From: an uncultured Arcobacteraceae bacterium
GTDB lineage: Bacteria; Campylobacterota; Campylobacteria; Campylobacterales; Arcobacteraceae
Direction: 5' to 3'
Assembly (NCBI GenBank): GCA_964022095.1
Contig: CAXHZO010000001.1
Coordinates: 128,001 to 192,000 of the forward strand
Length of the DNA: 64,000 bases
Part shown: positions 18,899 through 28,826 of the stretch, one piece after another
How the letters are laid out: each line of letters begins with the position of its first letter
Position numbering within the stretch: position 1 is the stretch's first letter
The notes under the pieces: generated by a model
What the model was told of the DNA's origin: nothing
Database searches by the model: none
What the model saw: only the letters and a program-made list of their open reading frames with translations
Made by a program: the position numbers and the translations under genes

Positions 18899-19519
18899 TT
18901 AATTTAGCCAATTAGAAACAATATTTTCTTTATCAAATAGTCTTGCTTTTATTCTTGTAATATTAGCAATTGAGACTAATTGTTTTGCTGCAACTTCTAA
19001 ATTATCATTAATTATTAAATAGTCGTATGTATCAAAATACTCAACTTCAGTTTTAGCATTTTTTATTCTTTTTTCAATTATATCTTTACTATCTGTAGCT
19101 CTTGAAGTTAATCTATTTTCTAACTCTTTTAAATTTGGAGTAGTAATAAATACTGAAGTTACAATTGAATCAAGCTTTTGTCTTACAATTTCATGACCTT
19201 GAACATCTATATCAAAAATTACTAATTTACCATCATTTAAAGCATCCATAATTGGTTTTAATGATGTTCCATAATAATTATCATGAACTTTTGCATATTC
19301 TAAAAATCCATCATCTTCTATATCTTTTTCAAACTCTTCCTTTGATACAAAATAGTAATCAACACCATTTTGTTCACCTTCTCTTGGGTCTCTTGTTGTA
19401 GTAGAAATAGAAAAATAAAAATCATCAATTTCTTTATAAACTTCTTTTAATAAAGTAGATTTACCACAACCACTAGGTCCTGATAAAATTAAAATTGCAC
19501 CTTTTTTTTCACTAATCAA
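18899..19519 (-). CDS. gmk: Guanylate kinase
   Basis: SGPSGCGKST, TTRDPREGE, YYGTS, DIDVQG. Confidence 0.97.
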   Translation of the reverse strand: MISEKKGAILILSGPSGCGKSTLLKEVYKEIDDFYFSISTTTRDPREGEQNGVDYYFVSKEEFEKDIEDDGFLEYAKVHDNYYGTSLKPIMDALNDGKLVIFDIDVQGHEIVRQKLDSIVTSVFITTPNLKELENRLTSRATDSKDIIEKRIKNAKTEVEYFDTYDYLIINDNLEVAAKQLVSIANITRIKARLFDKENIVSNWLN

Positions 19520-20331
19520 TTTTTATCCTTTAAAGCTATTCGAACATCAACAATTTCATTATTTGCTAGTTTATCAATAATTGCTTGGTCAAATTTTTCT
19601 AATAATGGTTTTAATTCATCTATTTGAAAATGACTAAGTACTAAATTATATTGTTTAGGTTCAGTTTGTTCTAAATCAAACTCATAATCTTTTACTTCAT
19701 CTAAGGCATCATCAATAATATCTGAGATATTTTTCCAATCCTCTTTTTCTAAATTAATCTCTTCTTGAATAGACTCTTCATTTAAAATATCTGTTATTTT
19801 AGATAACTCACTTTCATCTAAAACCCCACCATTTCTAAGAGTCCCTAAACTTATAATACTCTCATCATTTTGCTCTTCAATTTCATCATAAATATCATCT
19901 GCAAGTGAATTAACATAATCATTAACAGGAACTGTAACCTCTTCATCTTCTTCATAATCTAAATCAACAATAGTTGGGTCTTCTGATTTAGTTTCATTTT
20001 TATAGTTTTCCACTTGAACTTCTTCTTTTATTAATTCTATTTGCTCTTGAATTAAATTTAATAAAGCAGTTGGTAAAAAAGGTCTTGGAATAATAAAATC
20101 TCTTGATTTATCAAAAGGTAACTCTTCACTTGAAATTGCACCTAATTTTTTTGAAAACTGTTTTATAATATTAAACTTATCATCAATAAAATTTTGATCA
20201 ATTACAATTAAATCATATCTATCTTCAACATTGTTATTTTTCTGTACAGTTAACTTTATATTTAGTTTCTTACAAACTAAAGTAAATATATGCTCAATTA
20301 TTGCAGTCTCACATATTAATAATAAATTCAC
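19516..20331 (-). CDS. Highly acidic protein with N-terminal receiver-like fold
   Basis: D/E-rich; same position as the acidic protein upstream of gmk in Campylobacter. Confidence 0.7.
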   Translation of the reverse strand: MNLLLICETAIIEHIFTLVCKKLNIKLTVQKNNNVEDRYDLIVIDQNFIDDKFNIIKQFSKKLGAISSEELPFDKSRDFIIPRPFLPTALLNLIQEQIELIKEEVQVENYKNETKSEDPTIVDLDYEEDEEVTVPVNDYVNSLADDIYDEIEEQNDESIISLGTLRNGGVLDESELSKITDILNEESIQEEINLEKEDWKNISDIIDDALDEVKDYEFDLEQTEPKQYNLVLSHFQIDELKPLLEKFDQAIIDKLANNEIVDVRIALKDKN

Positions 20332-21014
20332 TTTAACTCCTGCAATTTTAAATCTTCTAATTTATAAACTTTATCACACTTATAAGCTAATTCATGCTCA
20401 TGTGTAACTAATATTAATCCTGCATCATTACTTTTTATATAATTAAACAGTGTATCCATTACAATATTAGCAGTATCTTTATCAAGATTGCCTGTTGGTT
20501 CATCTGCAAATATTATCTTAGGTTTTTTTGTTAAAACTCTAGCAATTGATAATCTTTGCTGTTGACCACCACTTAATTCTCCAATTCCTTGAGATAAAAC
20601 ATGATCGATTTTTAAATCTTTTAGCAACTCTTCATCAAGCTTTTCACCACTTAGAAAAGTAGCAATATCTAGGTTTTCTTGAGCAGAAAATCCTCTAAAT
20701 AAATAATGTGCTTGAAAAATTATACCAAAATCTTCTCTTCTTATTTTTAAAAGTTCGTTTTGATTTAAAGAGTATAAATCTCTATTTTCAAATAAAACTT
20801 CGCCATCATAAGGCTTTAAAAGAGTTGATAAAATATTTAAAAGTGTTGATTTACCACTACCACTTGTTCCTATAATAGAAATAGATTCTCTTTTGTTTAG
20901 TGATAAGTTGATATTATTAAAAAGTTCGTAGTCGAACTTGTGAGTTAGATTATTAGCAGTTAATAGTTGGTCATCTTGGATGGGTGTTTCAGTTTTAACA
21001 TTATCACCCATCAC
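20328..21014 (-). CDS. ABC transporter ATP-binding protein (LolD-like)
   Basis: GTSGSGKST, LSGGQQQR, ADEPTGNLD, VTH. Confidence 0.9.
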   Translation of the reverse strand: MMGDNVKTETPIQDDQLLTANNLTHKFDYELFNNINLSLNKRESISIIGTSGSGKSTLLNILSTLLKPYDGEVLFENRDLYSLNQNELLKIRREDFGIIFQAHYLFRGFSAQENLDIATFLSGEKLDEELLKDLKIDHVLSQGIGELSGGQQQRLSIARVLTKKPKIIFADEPTGNLDKDTANIVMDTLFNYIKSNDAGLILVTHEHELAYKCDKVYKLEDLKLQELK

Positions 21015-21046
21015 AAGTCCACCTTTTGAAAAATTTTCGTTAGAAA

Positions 21047-22090
21047 TTATTTACCCATTTGAGCAGCAACTTCTGCAGCAAAATCTTCTTCTTTTTTCTC
21101 GATACCATCACCAAGTTCAAATCTTACATATTCAACTAATTCAATTGATGCATCACAAGCTTTAATAGCTTGCTCAACAGTCATTGAATCATCCATAACG
21201 TAAGTTTGAGATAATAATGCATGAGCTTTATCTAATTGAGAGTTATCTTCAATCCATCTATTAATTTTACCTTTAACAATGTTTCCAATAATTTTCTCAG
21301 GTTTACCTTGAGCTAATAACTCTTCTTTCATAGAAGCTTCAGCAGCAGCAATAGCTTCATCAGTTAATTGTTGCTTAGAAACAAACTCAGGGATATTTTT
21401 AAGAGGCTTACCAAGTCTTACTAACTCTTCATTCTCTTTTTCAATATCAGCAATAATTGCTTTATTTTCTGATTCAATAAATTCAGCTGATAAATCTTGG
21501 TAAGAAATAACAGTTGGTTTCATAGAAGCAGCGTGCATTGCAATTTTCTTTAATAAGTCAGTTGTTTTTTCTTTTGCAGAATCATCACATTTTGCAGATA
21601 AAATAACACCAACTTTTCCTAAGTGAACGTAACCATTTACAACTGAACCTTCAACATTAACAACTTTTCTAGCAACTAAATTTTCACCAATTACAGCGAT
21701 TTTTTCGTTTAAGAAAGTTGTAAACTCTTGACCTTCAATTGAAGAAGTTGCTAAAGCTTCAGCATCAACAATGTTGTTATCTTGAACATGTTGAGTAATT
21801 CCTTTAGTTAAGTTTAAGAACTGCTCATTTTTAGCAACAAAGTCAGTTTGTGAGTTAACTTCTGTCATTGTAGCTTTTGTATTGTCATCATTAACTAAGA
21901 TAGTAATAATACCTTCAGCAGCAACATTACCTGATTTTTTAGCAGCCTTTGCAAGACCTTGCTCTCTTAACCAAGTTTGTGCTTCTTCGATATCACCATT
22001 ACACTCATTTAATGCTTTTTTACAATCAAGCATACCTGCACCAGATTTTTCTCTTAATTCTTTAATTAATTTAGGAGTTGCACCAGCCAT
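21047..22090 (-). CDS. tsf: Elongation factor Ts
   Basis: IKELREKSGAGMLDCKKAL, EVNSQTDFVA, DFAAEVAAQ. Confidence 0.98.
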   Translation of the reverse strand: MAGATPKLIKELREKSGAGMLDCKKALNECNGDIEEAQTWLREQGLAKAAKKSGNVAAEGIITILVNDDNTKATMTEVNSQTDFVAKNEQFLNLTKGITQHVQDNNIVDAEALATSSIEGQEFTTFLNEKIAVIGENLVARKVVNVEGSVVNGYVHLGKVGVILSAKCDDSAKEKTTDLLKKIAMHAASMKPTVISYQDLSAEFIESENKAIIADIEKENEELVRLGKPLKNIPEFVSKQQLTDEAIAAAEASMKEELLAQGKPEKIIGNIVKGKINRWIEDNSQLDKAHALLSQTYVMDDSMTVEQAIKACDASIELVEYVRFELGDGIEKKEEDFAAEVAAQMGK

Positions 22091-22092
22091 AA

Positions 22093-22881
22093 TTACGCTT
22101 CCTTAGTTTCTGTTGATTCAGATTCACCTTCAGCTACTGCTTCAGCAACAACTTCCGCTTGTTCTTCAGCAGATACAGGCTCTTCTTCACCATTTTCTTC
22201 AGCTAATACTGCTTTACCTTCATTCATTGCTGCAGCCATTTCGTTACAGAATAATTGAATTGATCTAATTGCATCATCATTACCTGGAATTGGTAAATCA
22301 ACTACATCTGGATCACAGTTAGTATCTAAAGGAGCAACAACTGTAATTCCTAATCTTCTTGCTTCTTGGATAGCAATTTTTTCTTTAACTGCATCTAAAA
22401 CGAACATCATATCTGGTAATTTGTTCATTTCTTTAATACCACCAAGGTATAACTCTAATTTTGCTTCTTTTCTAGAAAGCATTAAAGCTTCTTTTTTAGT
22501 AAGTAAGTCTAATTGACCTTCTTCTCTCATTTTTTTAATAATTTCTAATTTTCTAATAGATTTTTTAATTGTTCCAAAGTTAGTTAACATACCACCTAAC
22601 CATCTGTGATTAACATATGGCATACCACAATTTTCTGCAGCTCTTTTAACAGCTTCACTAGCTTGTTTTTTAGTACCAACAAAAATCATTGTTTCACCAG
22701 TAGCAGCTCTATCTCTAACAACATTATATGTATATCTGAAGTATCTTAACGTCTTTTGTAAGTCGATAATATAAATATTCTTTCTAACACCGAAAATGAA
22801 TTTTTTCATTTTTGGATTCCATCTTCTTGTTTGGTGTCCGAAGTGTACACCACATTCTAATAGGTCTTTCATTGTAACCAT
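22093..22881 (-). CDS. rpsB: 30S ribosomal protein S2
   Basis: [29 protein letters not shown]. Confidence 0.99.
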   Translation of the reverse strand: MVTMKDLLECGVHFGHQTRRWNPKMKKFIFGVRKNIYIIDLQKTLRYFRYTYNVVRDRAATGETMIFVGTKKQASEAVKRAAENCGMPYVNHRWLGGMLTNFGTIKKSIRKLEIIKKMREEGQLDLLTKKEALMLSRKEAKLELYLGGIKEMNKLPDMMFVLDAVKEKIAIQEARRLGITVVAPLDTNCDPDVVDLPIPGNDDAIRSIQLFCNEMAAAMNEGKAVLAEENGEEEPVSAEEQAEVVAEAVAEGESESTETKEA

Positions 22882-22993
22882 AGTAATTCTCCTTGAATAT
22901 ATTGTAATTGGGTTTAGCCTCTGTGCCCCTTAATGTTTTCACACAACCCAAATCAGGATGTTGACACATGTGAGGTTCTAATTTAAAATTAGA
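22882..22993 (-). ncRNA. rpsB (S2) autoregulatory leader, t44-like
   Basis: Long 5'UTR after TAGAAT (23005-23000) with CACAUGUGUC...GGGGCACAGAGGCUAAACCC, resembling the conserved S2-leader layout. Confidence 0.7.
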
Positions 22994-23099
22994 GTCGTGA
23001 TTCTAACTGAATAAAGATTAATATTTCTTTAAGTAAAATTTCAATCTTTATTTACCACTAATTAGATAAAATCACTTTATCAAAAATAAAGGACTTTTT

Positions 23100-24053
23100 T
23101 TGAGTTTCAATGAAAAACTAATTAACTTAAAAGCAGAAATTGCAAAAGGTGTTGTTGGCCAAGAGGATATGGTTAACTCTATTTTAATAGGATTACTAAC
23201 AAATGGACACATACTACTTGAAGGTGTTCCAGGACTTGCAAAAACTACAACTGTAAAGTGTGTTGCTGATGCAATTGATTTAAATTTCAAAAGAGTACAG
23301 TTTACTCCTGATCTACTGCCAAGTGATATTATAGGTACTCAAATCTATGATATGAAAACTGGTGATTTTAAAATAAAAAAAGGACCAATTTTTACAAATT
23401 TTTTATTAGCAGATGAAATAAATAGAGCTCCAGCGAAAGTACAATCAGCACTGCTTGAAGTTATGCAAGAAAGACAAGTAACTATTGCAGAAGATAGTTT
23501 TAAAATTGATGAGCCTTTCTTAGTTTTAGCTACACAAAATCCAATTGAGCAAGAAGGTGCATATAGTTTGCCAGAAGCACAACTTGATAGATTTATGTTT
23601 AAAATTGTAGTTGGATATAACACAAAAGAGCAAGAGTGGGAGATAGCAAAAAAAGTTACTATGAATAGTTTTGAAGAAATTCAAAAAGCTATTGATAAAG
23701 ACATTTTAAAATCATTAAAAAATGAAGTAAAAAATGTACACATAGATAAAGAACTTGAAGAGTATATTATCGATATTATTTGCGCAACAAGAGAACCAAA
23801 AGAGTATGGTCTTGAAGAGCTTGAAAATAGTATTCACTTTGGTGCAAGCCCAAGGGCAACTATCGATATGTTTAAAGCAGTAAAAGCCAATGCCTTTATT
23901 AGAGGGAATGATTTTGTAAGCCCAGTTGATATTGCAATGATTATTAAAAATGTTTTAAGACATAGAGTTATTTTAACATATGAAGCAATGGCAAATGAAA
24001 TACAAGTTGATGATATTATTCAAAAGATATTAGAGAAAATAAATATCCCATAA
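23100..24053 (+). CDS. moxR: MoxR-family AAA+ ATPase
   Basis: LEGVPGLAKT, RVQFTPDLLPSD, ADEINRAP, ATQNPIE, GASPRA. Confidence 0.95.
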   Translation: MSFNEKLINLKAEIAKGVVGQEDMVNSILIGLLTNGHILLEGVPGLAKTTTVKCVADAIDLNFKRVQFTPDLLPSDIIGTQIYDMKTGDFKIKKGPIFTNFLLADEINRAPAKVQSALLEVMQERQVTIAEDSFKIDEPFLVLATQNPIEQEGAYSLPEAQLDRFMFKIVVGYNTKEQEWEIAKKVTMNSFEEIQKAIDKDILKSLKNEVKNVHIDKELEEYIIDIICATREPKEYGLEELENSIHFGASPRATIDMFKAVKANAFIRGNDFVSPVDIAMIIKNVLRHRVILTYEAMANEIQVDDIIQKILEKINIP

Positions 24054-24054
24054 T

Positions 24055-24888
24055 ATGAATCAAGTTTTAAAAAAGATACTAATAAAAACTAAAAGAAATG
24101 TTTTTTCTGAAATCATCGGTAATAATTCAAGCCTAAAAAAAGGTGAAGGTTATGATTTTTGTGAATTAAAAGAGTATGAATATGGTGATGATGTAAAAAA
24201 TATTGATTGGGTTATTAGTGCAAAAATGCAAAAACCTTATGTAAAACAGTTCTACGCACAAAAAGAGTTAAACATAAAAATAGTATCTTTTTTAAACGGC
24301 TCAACTTATTTTGGAACAAAAAAATTCAAACAAGAAACAATAACAGAACTAGCAAGTGCAATTGGGTATATTAGTGTAAAGCAAGGAGATCCCTTTGCTT
24401 CGTATATTGCAAATGAGAACTTAGAAGTTTGCACTAAAAAATCCAAAAGAGTTTTTAATGTAAATTACATGGCCGAACAGTTTTTCAACTATAATGTACT
24501 TGGGAAAAACATTGATTATAAAAAAATCACTAAAGAACTTTTTAGAACAATTCATCACAAATCAATAATCTTTTTAATAGGAGATTTCTTTGATGTTCAA
24601 AATCTTGATTTAAAACTTTTAAGTAAAAAACATGAAGTAATAGCTTTAATTGTAAGAGATAAATTTGAAGAAAACCCAAGTGAAATTGGCAATGTAAATT
24701 TTGTAGATCCCTCAAATAATAAAAACTTTGAAGGAGTTATAAACTCAAGTTCTGTTAAACACTATACTTCAAAAGTAAAACAAAATGATAGAAAACTCTT
24801 TACACATTTTCAAGATTGTGCAATAAAGTTTACAAAAGTTTATACCCATGAAGATAGTATAAAAAAACTAATTGGAGTATTAAGATAA
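24055..24888 (+). CDS. DUF58 family protein
   Basis: GEGYDF.ELKEYEYGDDVKNIDW; follows moxR. Confidence 0.92.
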   Translation: MNQVLKKILIKTKRNVFSEIIGNNSSLKKGEGYDFCELKEYEYGDDVKNIDWVISAKMQKPYVKQFYAQKELNIKIVSFLNGSTYFGTKKFKQETITELASAIGYISVKQGDPFASYIANENLEVCTKKSKRVFNVNYMAEQFFNYNVLGKNIDYKKITKELFRTIHHKSIIFLIGDFFDVQNLDLKLLSKKHEVIALIVRDKFEENPSEIGNVNFVDPSNNKNFEGVINSSSVKHYTSKVKQNDRKLFTHFQDCAIKFTKVYTHEDSIKKLIGVLR

Positions 24889-25283
24889 TGCAAGAAAATC
24901 CTTTATCAAAACTTCATGATATAAAACCTTTAGTTCAAATACCCGATAACTCTTTTTTTGTTTATTTAGCATTAGTTGTTACAACTATTTTATTTATAGT
25001 TATTGTAGTTTTTTTACTTATTAAACTTTATAAGAATAGAAAAAAAAGTGATAGGAAAAAATATTTTGAAATACTAGAAAATATTGATTTTACTAATTCA
25101 AAACAAAGTGCTTATGATATTACAAAATATTCAAGACTATTAGCTAGAAGTGATAGAGAAATTAGACTTTGCGAAGAATTAATAGAAGAATTAGATAAGT
25201 ACAAGTATAAAAAACAAGTAGAAGAAATTGATAAAAAGATTAAAGCAAAGTTTTCAAACTTTATGGATGTGATTGATGTTTAG
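24888..25283 (+). CDS. Single-TM protein (DUF4381-like) of MoxR/VWA operon
   Basis: LHDIKP motif then TM helix; coupled to neighbours. Confidence 0.75.
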   Translation: MQENPLSKLHDIKPLVQIPDNSFFVYLALVVTTILFIVIVVFLLIKLYKNRKKSDRKKYFEILENIDFTNSKQSAYDITKYSRLLARSDREIRLCEELIEELDKYKYKKQVEEIDKKIKAKFSNFMDVIDV

Positions 25284-26172
25284 TAATATAAGTTTTGAGT
25301 ATCCATATTTTTTACTGCTTATTGTTTTATTTATAATTTGTTCAATATTTTGTAAAGCAAAAACTCCAAGTATGTATATGCCTCATTTAAATATTTTTCA
25401 AAGTGCTACAAAAAAATCTTCATTTTTTTTAAATATTTTAAAGTACATTGTCATTCTATTTTCAATTATTGCACTTGCAAGTCCTATTAAAATAAATGAT
25501 ACTCAACTCATAAAAAATGATGGAATAAATATTGTTTTAAATCTTGATGCAAGTGGTTCGATGCTAGCAAAAGATTTGGATCCTTTTAATAATAGATTTG
25601 ATGTAGTAAAAGATATAGTTAAAGATTTTATTTCAAAAAGAGTTGGAGATAATATCGCATTAGTTTTATTTGGTGATTCTACACTATTAGCAAGTCCACT
25701 TAGTTTTGATAAAGAAGCACAAAAAGAGATTTTAAACTATTTAGAAGTTCAAATGGCAGGAAAAAGAACTGCTTTATTTGATTCAATTGCACAAAGTGTA
25801 AATATATTAAAAGATAAAAAAGCCAAATCAAATATTATAATAGTTCTTAGTGATGGAGAGGATACTAGTAGTAAAATACCCCTTGATGTAGTAATTAAAT
25901 TTTTAAAAAAGTATGATATAAAAGCATACACAATTGGTATTGGAAATTCAAATAGAAATGTATTAAACTATATTGCAAAACAATCTAATGCAAAAGCATA
26001 TATTGCTTATTCAAAAGAGGATTTATCACTTATATATGGAGATATTAATAACTTGGAGAAATCAAAGATAGAACAAAACAAAATAGTCTTAAAAGACTAC
26101 TTGTTTTTCTATCCGCTTTTTATAGCAGTTTTTAGTTTGATTATATTGATTTATTTAAGAAATAAAGAATAA
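25273..26172 (+). CDS. BatA-like VWA domain protein
   Basis: FEYPYFL N-terminus, ALASP, MIDAS DASGSM, T and LSDGED. Confidence 0.92.
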   Translation: MMFSNISFEYPYFLLLIVLFIICSIFCKAKTPSMYMPHLNIFQSATKKSSFFLNILKYIVILFSIIALASPIKINDTQLIKNDGINIVLNLDASGSMLAKDLDPFNNRFDVVKDIVKDFISKRVGDNIALVLFGDSTLLASPLSFDKEAQKEILNYLEVQMAGKRTALFDSIAQSVNILKDKKAKSNIIIVLSDGEDTSSKIPLDVVIKFLKKYDIKAYTIGIGNSNRNVLNYIAKQSNAKAYIAYSKEDLSLIYGDINNLEKSKIEQNKIVLKDYLFFYPLFIAVFSLIILIYLRNKE

Positions 26173-26190
26173 TAACAGTATTAAATACTG

Positions 26191-26568
26191 CTATTTAGCA
26201 TCTTCAATAATTTTTAAAATAGTTTCTTGTGTGTCTTGAGCTAAATCTACTAAATCAGGATTAATATCATCAACTAATTGAACTACAGAATTAGTTGCTA
26301 TTAATGTTTCACCATTTTCATTATAAATTGAAATTTTACATGGCATTATTGAACTTATACTCATGTCTTGACCTAAAAATGTACTTGCAACATTTGGATT
26401 ACATATATCTAAAACTTGACACTCATTTTTAAAATCAAATCCTTTAGAATTTAATGTTTCATTTATATTATGAATGTGTAACACTCCAAACTTATAGTTT
26501 GAAATTATCTCTTGAATTTTATCAACAACTTCTTGTACACTTTTTTCACTTTTTTCTATATATAACAC
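26191..26568 (-). CDS. DUF302 family protein
   Basis: FGVL, DICNP, MPCKISIY. Confidence 0.88.
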   Translation of the reverse strand: MLYIEKSEKSVQEVVDKIQEIISNYKFGVLHIHNINETLNSKGFDFKNECQVLDICNPNVASTFLGQDMSISSIMPCKISIYNENGETLIATNSVVQLVDDINPDLVDLAQDTQETILKIIEDAK

Positions 26569-26571
26569 GTT

Positions 26572-27852
26572 TTATCCTAATATTTTTAAAATTTCTTCTT
26601 TATCAGAGTATGGAATTTTTTTATCATAAATGATTTGTGCAGCTTCATCGCCTTTTCCAAGAACTAATACTACACTATTTTCATCAGCCATCTCAATTGC
26701 TTTTTTAATAGCTGTTTTTCTATTTACATCTACTATTACACTTGGATGATTTTCAATACCTTTTAAAATATCTTCTATAATCATATCTGGATCTTCAAAT
26801 CTTGGATTATCACTTGTAACAACTATGTGTTTTGAATAAGATGCAGCAACTCTACCCATTATAGATCGTTTGTCTTTATCCCTATCTCCACCTGCTCCAA
26901 ATACTGTGATAATATCTTTTTCATTGAAGCTTTGTAAAACTTCTTTCATTCCATCAGGAGTATGGGCAAAATCAACAATTACTAAAGGATTTGAACTAAT
27001 AGTTTCCATTCTTCCACTAACTCCAGCAAAACCTTCAAGCGCTTCACAAATATCTTCTAGAGGCTTTTGTGTTGTAATATGCACAGCAGCAACTGAAGCC
27101 ATAAGATTATACACATTAAAAATTCCCATCATCATTGATGAAAATGAGTAGTGTTTACCAAAATGATTAAACATCACATGCATGCCATTTTTAAAAGAAT
27201 ATGCATCTACTTTGTAAGTAGAAGGTTTATCTAGTGAATAAGCATAACCGTTTTTAATGTTATATCTTACTTTTTCATCATCTTTATTTATTAACTTTGG
27301 AGTTTCATCACTAAAAAAAGAGTTCTTAACATTTATGTACTCTTCTATAGTCTTGTGATAATCTAAATGATCTCTTGTAATATTAGTATGGATTTTAAGT
27401 GCAAACTCTAATCCTTCGATTCTTTTTTGCTCAATTGCATGGGAACTAACTTCCATTACAAAAAATTCACATCCATTTTCCATAGCTTTTTGAATATGCG
27501 AGAAATTTCCAAGTTGAACAGGAGTAGTTAAAGAATACTCTTCAACCCTTTCATCATTTATAAAAAATCCTCTAGTTCCTTGCAATGCTACTTTGTATCC
27601 TAAATCTAAAAGAATAGAATATATTGCAGCAGCAGTTGTAGTTTTACCATTTGTTCCAGTAATTCCTATAACTTTAATAGAACTCATATCCAAATGCTTT
27701 TTTAAATCATTCGCAAGAACAAGCTCTTTGCAGCCATTATCAATTGCTGCTTGTTTGAATTTTTCATTTTGTTTTGAAACCACAAAGATAGAGTTTTCAT
27801 CTACTTCATTTGAATTATCAGTATAAACTACATTATTTATGATCAATTGCAA
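26572..27852 (-). CDS. murE: UDP-MurNAc-Ala-Glu--meso-DAP ligase
   Basis: GITGTNGKTT, MEVSSH, DHLDYH, DFAHTPD, DNPR. Confidence 0.97.
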   Translation of the reverse strand: MQLIINNVVYTDNSNEVDENSIFVVSKQNEKFKQAAIDNGCKELVLANDLKKHLDMSSIKVIGITGTNGKTTTAAAIYSILLDLGYKVALQGTRGFFINDERVEEYSLTTPVQLGNFSHIQKAMENGCEFFVMEVSSHAIEQKRIEGLEFALKIHTNITRDHLDYHKTIEEYINVKNSFFSDETPKLINKDDEKVRYNIKNGYAYSLDKPSTYKVDAYSFKNGMHVMFNHFGKHYSFSSMMMGIFNVYNLMASVAAVHITTQKPLEDICEALEGFAGVSGRMETISSNPLVIVDFAHTPDGMKEVLQSFNEKDIITVFGAGGDRDKDKRSIMGRVAASYSKHIVVTSDNPRFEDPDMIIEDILKGIENHPSVIVDVNRKTAIKKAIEMADENSVVLVLGKGDEAAQIIYDKKIPYSDKEEILKILG

Positions 27853-28426
27853 GTTTTTTCTCTTCTAATTTTTTATATAATTTTTCAATTTCATCATCAT
27901 ATGAAAAATATTCATTAAATCCATCTAGATAAGTATATGCTGTACTGTTAAAGTCATTATCAATTAATCTTGTAACAAAATCAAAAAAGTCTTCTTTTGA
28001 TTCAATAGCAACTTTAGTTGAAAACATAATATCTTCAAAAGCTACTCTAAAAGAGCCCCTTGATTCTATTAACTTCTTAAAATCATCATACTTAATTGCA
28101 TCTAATGCATCAACAGTTGAAGCACTTAAATCTTGAAGTACTTCCATCATTTTATCTATATCACCATCATAAGCATTAACAACATCTTCTACATATTGAA
28201 TTGCTTCATCGATATTTTCTTCTTTTACAACACTAAAATAATCAAATAAAGATAATGCTTTTTGTTCATCTTCACTTGCTATATCACAAAATAGTGCATA
28301 GATAGGGTACTCTTTATTCTCTGGAAATTCAGTTGATAATTGTGAATATAAAAATAAAGCTTTATCAAATTTTTTTTGTAAAAATAAGCTATTTGCTTCA
28401 TTTAATAATCTATTCTCATTTACCAT
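27833..28426 (-). CDS. Conserved hypothetical TPR-like protein
   Basis: Helical protein between nifU-like gene and murE; FEDIMFSTK. Confidence 0.75.
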   Translation of the reverse strand: MVNENRLLNEANSLFLQKKFDKALFLYSQLSTEFPENKEYPIYALFCDIASEDEQKALSLFDYFSVVKEENIDEAIQYVEDVVNAYDGDIDKMMEVLQDLSASTVDALDAIKYDDFKKLIESRGSFRVAFEDIMFSTKVAIESKEDFFDFVTRLIDNDFNSTAYTYLDGFNEYFSYDDEIEKLYKKLEEKKLAIDHK

Positions 28427-28704
28427 TAAAGTTCCTGTAGTTTATTTTCCATACCATGTGGAACGTTTACTATCTCAAGTTCAGGATGAATTGCTGCTTT
28501 TAACTCTTTTTCTACAACAAACTTTAATGTACTACTACTAGCACTACAACCAACACAGGCACCTTGTAATTGAACAAATACTTTTGCATCTTTAATATCT
28601 AATAGTTCAATTGCTCCACCATCTCTTGCTAGCATTGGGGCAATTTTATCTTTTATTATAGTGCTAACTGGTGCTTGTAAATCTTCATCAGTAAATGGCA
28701 TCAT
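28426..28704 (-). CDS. NifU/NfuA-family Fe-S carrier
   Basis: PMLARDGGAIEL, LQGACVGC. Confidence 0.93.
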   Translation of the reverse strand: MMPFTDEDLQAPVSTIIKDKIAPMLARDGGAIELLDIKDAKVFVQLQGACVGCSASSSTLKFVVEKELKAAIHPELEIVNVPHGMENKLQEL

Positions 28705-28705
28705 A

Positions 28706-28819
28706 TTATTTTACCTCTTTTGCTTTTTTCTTTACAAAATATATACCAATAGCTATAACTACTAAAATTACAGCTACTGTTTCAAATATAAATGTTAATG
28801 TTACTTCTTCTTGAAACAT
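28706..28819 (-). CDS. Small 37-aa single-pass membrane protein (not in ORF track)
   Basis: MFQEEVTLTFIFETVAVILVVIAIGIYFVKKKAKEVK; RBS AGGA overlaps the ileS stop; stop lies 1 nt before the nifU ATG. Confidence 0.8.
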   Translation of the reverse strand: MFQEEVTLTFIFETVAVILVVIAIGIYFVKKKAKEVK

Positions 28820-28826
28820 CTTTTTC

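Noticed and set aside
22784-22969. 61-aa ORF overlapping the rpsB start as a leader peptide
   Set aside because: Out of frame with rpsB, no RBS; region better explained by the S2 leader RNA.
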